From contig CAWJRG010000001.1 of assembly GCA_963845185.1 (NCBI GenBank), positions 160,001 to 224,000 on the forward strand: DNA of 64,000 nucleotides, written 5' to 3'. Below the pieces are notes generated by a model. The model was not told the DNA's origin, did no database searches, and worked only from the letters and a program-made list of their open reading frames with translations. The DNA is from an uncultured bacterium. GTDB taxonomy: Bacteria; Oederibacteriota; PGYV01; CAWJRG01. Of the stretch, positions 1-11,619 are shown piece after piece; position 1 is the stretch's first letter, and each line of letters starts with the position of its first letter. A program made the position numbers and the translations under genes.

Positions 1-3000
1 TGTAGGTGTATTTGTTGGTGTACCTGTCGGTGTCCAAGTCGGTGTATTCGTCGGTGTCCATGTTGGCGTACTTGTCGGCGTCCATGTCGGCGTATTCGTC
101 GGTGTCCATGTCGGCGTATTTGTAGGCGTCCATGTCGGTGTATTTGTAGGCGTCCATGTCGGTGTATTTGTAGGCGTCCATGTCGGCGTATTTGTAGGTG
201 TGCCTGTCGGTGTCCATGTCGGTGTATTTGTCGGTGTCCATGTTGGTGTATTCGTCGGTGTCCATGTTGGTGTATTCGTCGGCGTCCATGTTGGTGTATT
301 CGTCGGCGTCCATGTCGGCGTATTTGTAGGTGTGCCTGTCGGTGTCCATGTCGGTGTATTTGTCGGTGTCCATGTTGGTGTATTCGTCGGTGTCCATGTT
401 GGTGTATCCGTCGGCGTCCATGTTGGTGTATTCGTCGGCGTCCATGTCGGCGTATTTGTTGGTGTGCCTGTCGGTGTCCATGTCGGTGTATTTGTCGGTG
501 TCCAGGTTGGCGTATCCGTCGGCGTATCTGTCGGCGTACCAGTTGGTGTCCATGTCGGCGTATTCGTCGGTGTCCAGGTTGGCGTATCCGTCGGCGTACT
601 TGTTGGCGTCCATGTCGGTGTATTTGTCGGTGTCCATGTCGGTGTATTAGTCGGTGTATTTGTTGGTGTACCTGTCGGTGTCCAGGTCGGCGTATTCGTC
701 GGCGTATTTGTCGGCGTATTTGTCGGCGTCCATGTTGGCGTATTTGTCGGCGTCCATGTTGGCGTATTTGTCGGCGTCCATGTTGGGGTATTCGTCGGTG
801 TCCATGTTGGCGTATTCGTTGGCGTCCACGTTGGTGTATTCGTCTGTGTCCATGTTGGTGTATTTGTCGGTGTACTTGTAGGCGTATTTGTTGGTGTACC
901 TGTCGGTGTCCATGTCGGCGTATTCGTCGGTGTCCATGTCGGCGTATTTGTCGGTGTCCATGTCGGCGTATTTGTCGGTGTGCCTGTAGGTGTATTTGTT
1001 GGCGTACTTGTTGGTGTCCATGTTGGCGTATTCGTTGGCGTCCACGTTGGTGTATTCGTCTGTGTCCATGTTGGTGTATTTGTCGGTGTACTTGTAGGCG
1101 TATTTGTTGGTGTATTTGTCGGCGTATACGTCGGCGTACTTGTAGGCGTATTTGTTGGTGTACCTGTCGGTGTCCATGTTGGGGTATTTGTCGGCGTACT
1201 TGTCGGTGTATTCGTCGTGGTCCATGTCGGCGTATTTGTCGGCGTCCATGTCGGCGTATTTGTCGGTGTCCATGTCAGCGTATTTGTCGGTGTGCCTGTT
1301 GGTGTATTTGTTGGCGTACTTGTTGGCGTCCATGTTGGCGTATTTGTCGGCGTATTTGTTGGCGTCCATGTCGGTGTATTTGTTGGTGTCCATGTCGGCG
1401 TATTTGTCGGTGTGCCCGTCGGTGTCCATGTCGGTGTATTTGTTGGTGTCCATGTCGGCGTATTTGTAGGCGTATTTGTCGGTGTGCCCGTCGGGTCCAT
1501 GTCGGTGTATTCGTCGGTGTATTCGTTGGTGTGCCTGTAGGTGTATTTGTTGGCGTATTTGTCGGTGTCCATGTTGGCGTATTCGTTGGTGTATTTGTCG
1601 GCGTATACGTCGGCGTACTTGTAGGCGTATTTGTTGGTGTACCTGTCGGTGTCCATGTCGGCGTATTCGTCGGTGTCCATGTCGGCGTATTTGTCGGTGT
1701 CCATGTCGGCGTATTTGTCGGTGTGCCTGTAGGTGTATTTGTTGGCGTACTTGTTGGTGTCCATGTTGGCGTATTCGTTGGCGTCCACGTTGGTGTATTC
1801 GTCTGTGTCCATGTTGGTGTATTTGTCGGTGTACTTGTAGGCGTATTTGTTGGTGTATTTGTCGGCGTATACGTCGGCGTACTTGTTGGCGTCCACGTTG
1901 GCGATGTAGTAGCTGTCCATGTTGGCGTACTCGTCGGCGTATTTGTTGGTGTCCATGTCGGCGTATTTGTAGGCGTATTTGTCGGTGTGCCCGTCGGGGT
2001 CCATGTCGGTGTATTCGTCGGTGTATTCGTTGGTGTGCCTGTAGGTGTATTTGTTGGCGTATTTGTCGGTGTCCATGTTGGCGTATTCGTTGGTGTATTT
2101 GTCGGCGTATACGTCGGCGTACTTGTAGGCGTATTTGTTGGTGTACCTGTCGGTGTCCATGTCGGCGTATTCGTCGGTGTCCATGTCGGCGTATTTGTCG
2201 GTGTCCATGTCGGCGTATTTGTCGGTGTCCATGTCAGCGTATTTGTCGGTGTGCCTGTTGGTGTATTTGTTGGCGTACTTGTTGGCGTCCACGTTGGCGA
2301 TGTAGTAGCTGTCCATGTTGGCGTACTCGTCGGCGTATTTGTTGGTGTCCCTGTCGGTGTCCATGTAGGTGTATTTGTCGGCGTGTTTGTCGGTGTACTT
2401 GTCGGCGTCCATGTCGGTGTATTCGTCGGTGTCCATGTCGGCGTATTTGTCGGTGTCCATGTTGGCGTATTCGTTGGTGTGCCTGTTGGAGTCCAAGTTG
2501 GCGTATTTGTAGGCGTCCATGTAGGCGTATTCGTTGGCGTCCACGTTGGTGTATTCGTCGGCGTCCATGTTGGTGTATTCGTCGGCGTCCATGTTGGTGT
2601 ATTTGTTGGTGTGCCTGTCGGGGTCCATGTTGGCGTATTTGTAGGCGTCCATGTCGGCGTATTCGTTGGCGTCCACGTTGGTGTATTCGTCTGTGTCCAT
2701 GTTGGTGTATTCGTCGGTGTACTTGTAGGCGTATTTGTTGGGGTGCCTGTTGGTGTATTCGTCGGTGTACTCGTTGGCGTATTTGTTGGTGTACCGGTTG
2801 GTGTATTCGTCGGTGTACTCGTAGGCGTATTTGTTGGGGTGCCTGTAGGTGTCCATGTTGGCGTGCTCGTCGGCGTATTTGTAGGCGTATTAGTAGGCGT
2901 ATTTGTAGGCGTCCACGTAGGCGAAGTCGTAGGCGTCCATGTTGGCGTATTCGTCGGCGTGCCGGTCGGTGTATTCGTTGGTGTCCATGTCGCCGTATTT

Positions 3001-6000
3001 GTCGGCGTATCTGTATATGTGGATGTTAAAGTCACTGTATCTGTGTATGTAGATGTATAAGTAACTGTCACTGTATATGTCGGCGTTAATGTAAGCGTGT
3101 ATGTGTATGTAAGCGTATATGTCGGCGTAAATGTAGGTGTATTTGTTGGCGTCCATGTCGGTGTAAATGTCGGTGATATGGTGTCGGTCAGTGTTGACGT
3201 TGGCGTCCATGTCGGCGACGCTGTGTATGTCGGCGTATTCGTCGGGCTCCATGTCGGCGTATCTGTGTATGTAGACGTCAGCGTCACTGTCACTGTATAT
3301 GAATATGTATATGTAACCGTAACTGTGTATGTCGATGTCAATGTAAGCGTGTATGTGTATGTAGGCGTATATGTCGGCGTGAATGTTGGCGTATTTGTTG
3401 GCGTCCATGTCGGTGTAAATGTCGGTGATATGGTGTCGGTCAGTGTTGACGTTGGCGTCCAGGTCGGCGACGCTGTGTATGTCGGCGTATTCGTCGGGCT
3501 CCATGTCGGCGTATCTGTGTATGTAGACGTCAGCGTCACTGTCACTGTATATGAATATGTATAAGTAACTGTAACTGTGTATGTCGATGTCAATGTAAGC
3601 GTGTATGTGTATGTAGGCGTATATGTCGGCGTAAATGTTGGCGTATTTGTTGGCGTCCATGTCGGTGTATTTGTTGGCGATATGGTGTCGGTCAGTGTTG
3701 ACGTTGGTGTCCAGGTTGGCGACGCTGTGTATGTCGGCGTATTCGTCGGGCTCCACGTCGGTGTGTCCGTGTATGTAGACGTCAGCGTCACTGTCACTGT
3801 ATATGAATATGTATAAGTAACTGTAACTGTGTATGTCGATGTCAATGTAAGCGTGTATGTGTATGTAGGCGTATATGTCGGCGTGAATGTTGGCGTATTT
3901 GTTGGCGTCCATGTCGGTGTAAATGTCGGTGATATGGTGTCGGTCAGTGTTGACGTTGGTGTCCAGGTCGGCGACGCTGTGTATGTCGGCGTATTCGTCG
4001 GGCTCCACGTCGGTGTGTCCGTGTATGTAGATGTCAATGTCACTGTCACCGTATATGTGTATGTATAAGTAACTGTAACTGTGTATGTTGATGTCAATGT
4101 AAGCGTGTATGTGTATGTAGGCGTATATGTCGGCGTGAACGTTGGTGTATTTGTTGAAGTCCATGTCGGTGTAAATGTCGGTGACATCGAGTTGGTCAGT
4201 GTTGCCGTCGGCGTCCATGTTGGTGACGGTGTATTTGTCGGCGTGTTTGTCGGGCTCCACGTCGGCGTGTCCGTGTATGTAGATGTCAATGTCACTGTCA
4301 CCGTATATGTGTATGTATAAGTAACAGTCACTGTATACGTTGACGTTAATGTAAGTGTGTATGTATATGTCGGTGTATTAGTCGGCGTATTTGTCGGTGT
4401 ATTAGTCGGCGTATTTGTCGGTGTATTTGTCGGCGTTCCAGTGGGCGTATTTGTCGGTGTCCATGTCGGTGTCCATGTCGGTGATGTAGTCGGTGTGTTA
4501 GTCGGCGTATTTGTCGGTGTGCTTGTCGGCGTATTTGTCGGTGTCCTTGTAGGCGTATTTGTCGGTGTACCTGTCGGCGTATTTGTCGGTGTCCACGTAG
4601 GCGTATTTGTCGGTGTGCCTGTCGGCGTATTTGTCAGCGTCCACGTAGGTGTATTTGTTGGTGTGCCTGTCGGCGTATTTGTTGGTGTATTTGTCGGCGT
4701 GCTTGTCGGTGTCCATGTCGGCGTATTCGTCGGCGTCCACGTAGGCGATGTAGTAGATGTCCACGTCGGTGTATTCGTCGGCGTCCATGTAGGTGTATTC
4801 GTCGGGGTCCATGTTGGCGTATTTGTTGGTGTGCCTGTTGGCGTATTTGTAGGCGTCCAAGTCGGCGTATTCGTCGGTGTGCCTGTTGGCGTATTTGTCG
4901 GTGTCCATGTCGGCGTATTTGTCGGCGTGCCTGTCGGTGTATTTGTAGGCGTCCATGTAGGCGTGCTTGTCGGTGTCCATGTCGGCGTATTCGTCGGTGT
5001 CCATGTCGGCGATGTAGTAGATGTCCATGTTGGTGTATTAGTAGGCGTCCATGTTGGTGTATTTGTAGGTGTGCTTGTTGGTGTATTCGTCGGTGTACTT
5101 GTCGGCGTATTCGTCGGTGTCCACGTCGGCGTATTTGTAGGCGTGCCTGTCGGTGTATTCGTCGGTGTCCACGTCGGTGTATTCGTTGGTGTGCCTGTCG
5201 GTGTATTTGTCGGCGTCCACGTCGGTGTATTCGTCGGTGTTCCTGTCGGTGTATTTGTAGGTGTCCATGTCGGCGATGTAGTAGGTGTCCATGTTGGCGT
5301 ATTTGTCGATGTCCATGTTGGCGTATTTGTCGATGTCCATGTTGGCGTATTCGTCGATGTCCATGTTGGCGTATTTGTCGGCGTATTCGTCGGCGTATTT
5401 GTTTTTGTATCCGTCACTGTCACCGTATAAGTTGGGGTTGCCGAAGGCGTTGCCGTATATGTTGGCGTAATGGTAGCTGAAAATATTATTTGCGTAAATG
5501 TCATTGTTATTGTGTACGTCGGGGTGTTGGTCGGGCTCCACGTGGGTGTTGCCGTGTATGTTGACGTCAGTGTTACTGTCACTGTATATGTATATGTGTA
5601 TGTAACCGTCACTGTGTACGTCGGCGTCCATGTTGGCGTATTTGTCGGTGACACAGTGTTGGTTGGTGTTGATGTAGGCGACCACGTCGGTGTATTTGTA
5701 TATGTCTGTGTCCATGTCGGAGTATTTGTCGGCGTGCCGGTCGGTGTATTCGTCGGCGTCCATGTCGGAGTATTTGTTGGCGTGCCGGTAGGTGTATTTG
5801 TCGGCGTCCATGTCGGAGTATTTGTCGGTGTTGCTGTAGGCGTCCATGTTGGCGTAAATGTCGGTGACATCGAGTTGGTCAGTGTTGCCGTCGGTGTCCA
5901 CGTAGGTGATGGTGTATTTGTCGGCGTGTTAGTCGGGCTCCATGTCGGCGTTGCCGTGTATGTTGACGTCAGCGTTACTGTCACTGTATATGTGTAAGTG

Positions 6001-9000
6001 TACGTTACTGTCACTGTATACGTTGATGTCAATGTCAGTGTGTATGTATATGTCGGCGTATTCGTAGGCGTGTATGTCGGCGTATTTGTTGGTGTCCACG
6101 TTGGCGTGAATGTCGGCGATATTGTGTTGGTCAACGTTGCTGTCGGCGTCCATGTTGGTGACGGTGTATTTGTCGGCGTATTCGTCGGGCTCCATGTCGG
6201 TGTCGCTGTATATGTTGACGTCAGCGTCACTGTTACTGTATATGAGTATGTGTACGTTACTGTCACTGTATACGTTGATGTCAATGTCAGTGTGTATGTA
6301 TATGTGGGCGTATTCGTCGGCGTGTTCGTCGGCGTATTTGTCGGCGTCCACGTCGGCGTGAATGTCGGTGACATCGAGTTGGTCAGTGTTGCCGTCGGCG
6401 TCCATGTAGGTGAAGGTGTATTTGTCGGCGTGTTCGTCGGGCTCCATGTCGGCGTTGCCGTGTATGTTGACGTCAGCGTCACTGTTACTGTATATGTGTA
6501 TGTGTACGTTACTGTCACTGTATACGTTGATGTCAATGTCAGTGTGTATGTATATGTGGGCGTATTCGTCGGCGTCCATGTCGGCGTATTTGTTGGTGTC
6601 CATGTCGGCGTGAATGTCGGCGATATTGTGTTGGTCAACGTTGCTGTCGGCGTCCACGTTGGCGTCCAGGTCCATGTTGGCGTGTTTGTCGGGCTCCATG
6701 TTGGCGTAGCCGTGTATGTATAAGTTGAAGTAACTGTTACTGTATATGTGTATGTGTACGTAACCGTCACTGTATATGTTGATGTCAATGTTAGCGTGTA
6801 TGTGTATGTCGGTGTATTTGTTGGTGTGTATGTTGATGTATTTGTTGGTGTCCACGTCGGTGTAAATGTAGGCGATATTGTATTGGTCTTTGTTGCCGTT
6901 GGCGTCCACGTTGGCGTCCAGGTCCATGTCGGCGTGTTTGTCGGGCTCCATGTTGGCGTAGCCGTGTATGTATAAGTTGAAGTAACTGTTACTGTATATG
7001 TGTATGTGTACGTAACCGTCACTGTATATGTTGATGTCAATGTTAGCGTGTATGTGTATGTCGGTGTATTTGTTGGTGTGTATGTTGATGTATTTGTTGG
7101 TGTCCACGTCGGTGTAAATGTAGGCGATATTGTATTGGTCAGCGTTGCTGTCGGCGTCCACGTTGGTGTCCATGTCCATGTTGGCGTGTTTGTCGGGCTC
7201 CATGTTGGCGTAGCCGTGTATGTATAAGTTGAAGTAACTGTTACTGTATATGTGTATGTGTACGTAACCGTCACTGTATATGTTGATGTCAATGTTAGCG
7301 TGTATGTGTATGTCGGCGTATTTGTTGGTGTGTATGTTGATGTATTTGTTGGTGTCCACGTCGGTGTAAATGTAGGCGATATTGTATTGGTCTTTGTTGC
7401 CGTTGGCGTCCACGTTGGCGTCCAGGTCCATGTCGGCGTGTTTGTCGGGCTCCATGTTGGCGTAGCCGTGTATGTATAAGTCGAAGTAACTGTTACTGTA
7501 TATGTGTATGTGTACGTAACCGTCACTGTATATGTTGATGTCAATGTTAGCGTGTATGTGTATGTCGGTGTATTTGTCGGCGTCCATGTCGGCGTATTTG
7601 TTGGTGTCCATGTTGGCGTGAATGTCGGCGATATTGTGTTGGTCAGCGTTGCTGTAGGCGTCCACGTTGGCGTCCAGGTCCATGTCGGCGTGTTTGTCGG
7701 GCTCCACGTAGGTGTTGCCGTGTATGTGGACGTCAATGTTACAGTCACTGTATATGTGGATGTGTAAGTAACAGTTATTGTGTACGTAGGCGTGGGTGTC
7801 AGCGTATATGTGTATGTAGGTGTATTCGTCGGTGTCCATGTCGGTGTCCTGGTCGGTGTCCACGTAGGAGTGAATGTCGGTGATATCGAATTCGTCGGCG
7901 TATTTGTAGGCGTCCACGTTGGCGTCCAGGTCCATGTTGGCGTATTCGTCGGGCTCCATGTCGGCGTTGCCGTATATGTGAACGTCAGCGTTACCGTCAC
8001 TGTATACGTGGATGTGTAAGTTACAGTCACTGTATACGTAGGCGTCGGTGTCAGTGTGTATGTGTATGTCGGCGTATTTGTCGGTGTGTATGTCGGTGTA
8101 TTTGTCGGCGTATTCGTCGGTGTCCACGTCTTTGATATCGTGTTCGTTGGTGTTGCTGTAGGCGTCCACGTCGGCGTAAATGTCCACGTTGGCGTATTCG
8201 TCGGGCTCCATGTCGGCGTTGCCGTATATGTGAACGTCAGCGTTACCGTCACTGTATACGTGGATGTGTAAGTTACCGTCACTGTATACGTAGGCGTCGG
8301 TGTCAGTGTGTATGTGTATGTCGGCGTATTTGTCGGTGTGTATGTCGGTGTATTTGTCGGCGTATTCGTCGGTGTCCACGTCTTTGATATCGTGTTCGTT
8401 GGTGTTGCTGTAGGCGTCCACGTCGGCGTAAATGTCCATGTTGGCGTATTCGTCGGGCTCCATGTCGGCGTTGCCGTATATGTGAACGTCAGCGTTACCG
8501 TCACTGTATACGTGGATGTGTAAGTTACCGTCACTGTGTACGTAGGCGTGGGTGTCAGCGTGTATGTGTATGTAGGTGTATTCGTCGGCGTCCATGTCGG
8601 TGTCCTGGTCGGTGTCCACGTAGGAGTGAATGTCGGTGATATCGAATTCGTCGGCGTATTTGTCGGCGTCCACGTCGGTGTCCATGTCCATGTCGGTGTG
8701 TTTGTCGGGCTCCACGTCGGTGTTGCCGTGTATGTATAAGTCGAGGTATCTGTCATTGTATATGTAAATGTGTAAGTAACCGTCACTGTATATGTCGGCG
8801 TCGGTGTATATGTGCGTGTCCATGTAGGTGTATTAGTCGGTGTCCAGGTCGGTGTTGCTGTCGGCGTCCACGTCGGCGTATTTGTCGGTGTCCATGTAGG
8901 CGTTGCTGTAAGTGTATTTGTTGGCGTCCACGTCGGCGATGTTGAATTTGTTCTTGTTGCTGTAGGCGTCCAAGTAGGTGTATTAGTCGGCGTCCAGGAC

Positions 9001-9400
9001 GGTGTTGCTGTAGGCGTCCATGTCGGCGTATTTGTTGATGTCCATGTCGGTGTAAATGTAGGCGTCCACGTTGGCGTATTTGTAGGCGTCCACGTAGGTG
9101 TTGCCGTAGGCGTATTTGTCGGCGTGAATGTCGGCGACATTGTGTTGGTTTTTGTCGCAGTCAGCGTCCAGGTTGGTGTCGATGTCCATGTCGATGTGCC
9201 GGTCGGGCTCCACGTCGGCGTCCATGTCGGTGTCCATGTAGAAGTATTTGTCGGCGTGCCCGAATACGTCAATGTCGGCGAGTTTGTATAAGTATAAGTC
9301 GGCGTTGCCGTATATGTGAATGTCAGTGTCCGCGTCAATGTCGCCGTCAGTGTTGTCGTGGATGTCGGTGTCCACGTATCGGTTATTACAATAAGTCCAA
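1..9400 (-). repeat. Coding tandem repeats: 12-nt (TPTN/TPTW) units and a higher-order 252-nt (84-aa) unit
   Basis: The 252-nt period is visible directly, e.g. near-identical blocks at 6748/7000/7252/7504, 3577/3829/4081 and 8056/8308. Confidence 0.95.
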
Positions 9401-11564
9401 CGAGATTCGAATTTCCTAGGTTCCAGTCTGCCATGTTCTGCACGCCTGTAGGCGTTGCTGACGGCGGCGGTATTGGAGTCAGTGTCATTGTGTATGTCAG
9501 CGTCGGTATTGGTGTCAGTGTCCGTGAGTATGTAGGCGTAGGAGTCCTCGAAGGCGTCGCAGATATTGTCGGTGTGTTTGTAGGAGAGCCGTTTGACACG
9601 GTAAATGCAATACATGCCTGGTTTCCTATGCTGAGGCTTGGATTCGCGTAAATGTTGCAGTCCCTCACCGCCACTATCGCGTAATATGTGCCGTTTGCCC
9701 AATCCGAGGGCACTGTCATGTAAATCGGGCCGCCGCCAGGTTCCATTCCACAGGAAGCGTCCGTGGTATTGTGCCATTGGCAGTCTTCCGAACACTGGCT
9801 TGTCCTTCCGCCGGCTACCTCGAGGTTCAAGACATCCATGCCTGCTTCGGAAACAAGTACCACCTGCCCATTAGTCGTGGTTCCGTCCGCCTGCACGGCA
9901 CACTGGTTTGAAAGAGCTGCGAAATAGGAGAGTTTGCAGCCGCTGTTTGCGCCTCCGAATTGAAATGTGACTGTCACATTCTGCCCCGGCGCCACTGAGC
10001 CAGGTGATACTGCGAGGTTGCGGATGGATGAAGCCGGAATGCATGTGGGAGTCTGGCTGGGCGGAGGGGTAAGCGTCCATGTCGCCGTAGGTACAAACCA
10101 TGTAGCTGTCTGCGTTTGCCAGTATATTGCGGTCTGTGTCGCGATATAATTTGCTGTTGCTGTCTGTACTACTGCTGTTTGCTGCACTGCTGTTTGTGTT
10201 TGTCCTACGATCGCTGTTTGTGTAGCTTGGTATTGAGCAGTGGCTGTTTGTTGTGCTGCTGCTGTTTGTGTTAAATTTGGTGTCGGCGACAATGTATACG
10301 TCGCCGTAATAGTTGTCGTATACACCGGTGATATTGTGCTGGTCGGCAATATCGTGCCTGTTTTTGTGTTTGTTGGCGACCATGTCGGCGAATAAACCGG
10401 CGTATTTGTCGGCGTCCATGTCGGTGAATAAATAGGCGTGTTTGTCGGGCTGTTCGAGCCACTATACTCATATGCCCCTATGGAATATTTCCCGTTTCCA
10501 TTCGGCCTTGCTTTCCCGTCGTAGTCTACGGACGGCGCTCCTGTGGCGGTCGCGTTGTTTATGCTCTGTGCGCCTGCTTTCAGGTGCAGGTCCGGTGTCC
10601 CGCTTGTCGTTGGGTTTACCACCTCATTTGCCGGTACGACGCCAAATATATTACCAGTCCCCGAAAAACTCGCCTGCTGCGAAAATGCATTGTATGTGAT
10701 CACAGCATCGTCATTTGTCGTTGTCAAACTCAGGTCTGTTGTATTACTGATAAAAAGGCTGTTCGTTATGTAACCTACATTTCCGTTGTTCTGGCTTGCA
10801 TTATCCCAGTATGCTATGTTGTTGTTAAAAAATGTGCAGTTCATTACATCAGTCATCATTTGCCTGTTGGCGCCTGTGTTATATACAGCCGCCGAGTTGG
10901 CTGCCGTGAAACCATATAACAGGTCATTTTCCAGGTATGGCTGATCGCCCGCGTTTCCGTTTTGCTGGGCGTTTTCTACGCCGTATTCTGTTGTCGTCGA
11001 GCTCCCGAGTATTTTGGACTGCTTTATATATAAATTCTTTGCATCCCCGGCATTTGCCAGGTAAACTACGGCATTATTGGTAGTTGAAGTATCTGTCCTC
11101 TCAAGAACGCATGAATCAAAAGTGACGTTCGCGTTGGTATTGCTGAGTTCCACCGTGTAACCGCCGCCCGATGAGTGGTCTATAATTACGTTGGAAATTG
11201 TTATAGGTGTCGTACCGCTCCAGTTGGGATGAAAGTACATGGTAGGATTTGAACCGGTTCCTGTTATTGAATATGTATTTCCGGACTGGGATGTAATATT
11301 TACGTATTTTACGTTTGACCCAAAATCAATATTATCAGTTATGTTCGAAATAAGCTGCAGGGTATCCCCGCTTGCCACTGAACCGCTTGCCAATGCCAGT
11401 GTTATTGTAGCATACTGCCCGCCAGACCCTATTGTCCATGTCGCTGAAAATGCAAAAACAGGCAGTAGAATAAGCCCTATTGCCACGAAGCAGCATTTCA
11501 ATTTTCCCCTAAAAATAGATAGACTGGTCCTGCGACTTTCCGGAACCAGTCTTATCTTTCTCAT
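1..11564 (-). CDS. Giant secreted Thr/Pro-rich surface protein: signal peptide, beta-helix with choice-of-anchor-Q-like end, Cys-rich domain, very long T-x-T-x stalk; one frameshift near 1494; 3' end beyond the window
   Basis: ORF 11564->1275 (3429 aa) has a hydrophobic N-terminus ([16 protein letters not shown]) and the motif [26 protein letters not shown]. The TPTNTPTW repeats continue in another frame from ~1493 to position 1. Confidence 0.85.
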
Positions 11565-11619
11565 AATTACACTTCCCTCCCGTATTTTTTCCCGCCTAAA
11601 AATCAGCGGGGTTCATGCG

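Noticed and set aside
1..9400. CRISPR array or non-coding satellite
   Set aside because: There are no unique spacers, the repeats are in frame with largely synonymous variation, and no cas genes are present.
200..9651. Long plus-strand Val/Gly-rich ORFs and alternate-frame Asp/Tyr/His-rich or Arg/Cys-rich ORFs
   Set aside because: They are stop-free shadows of the Thr-Pro repeat on other frames; only the minus-strand frame joins to a signal peptide and globular domains.
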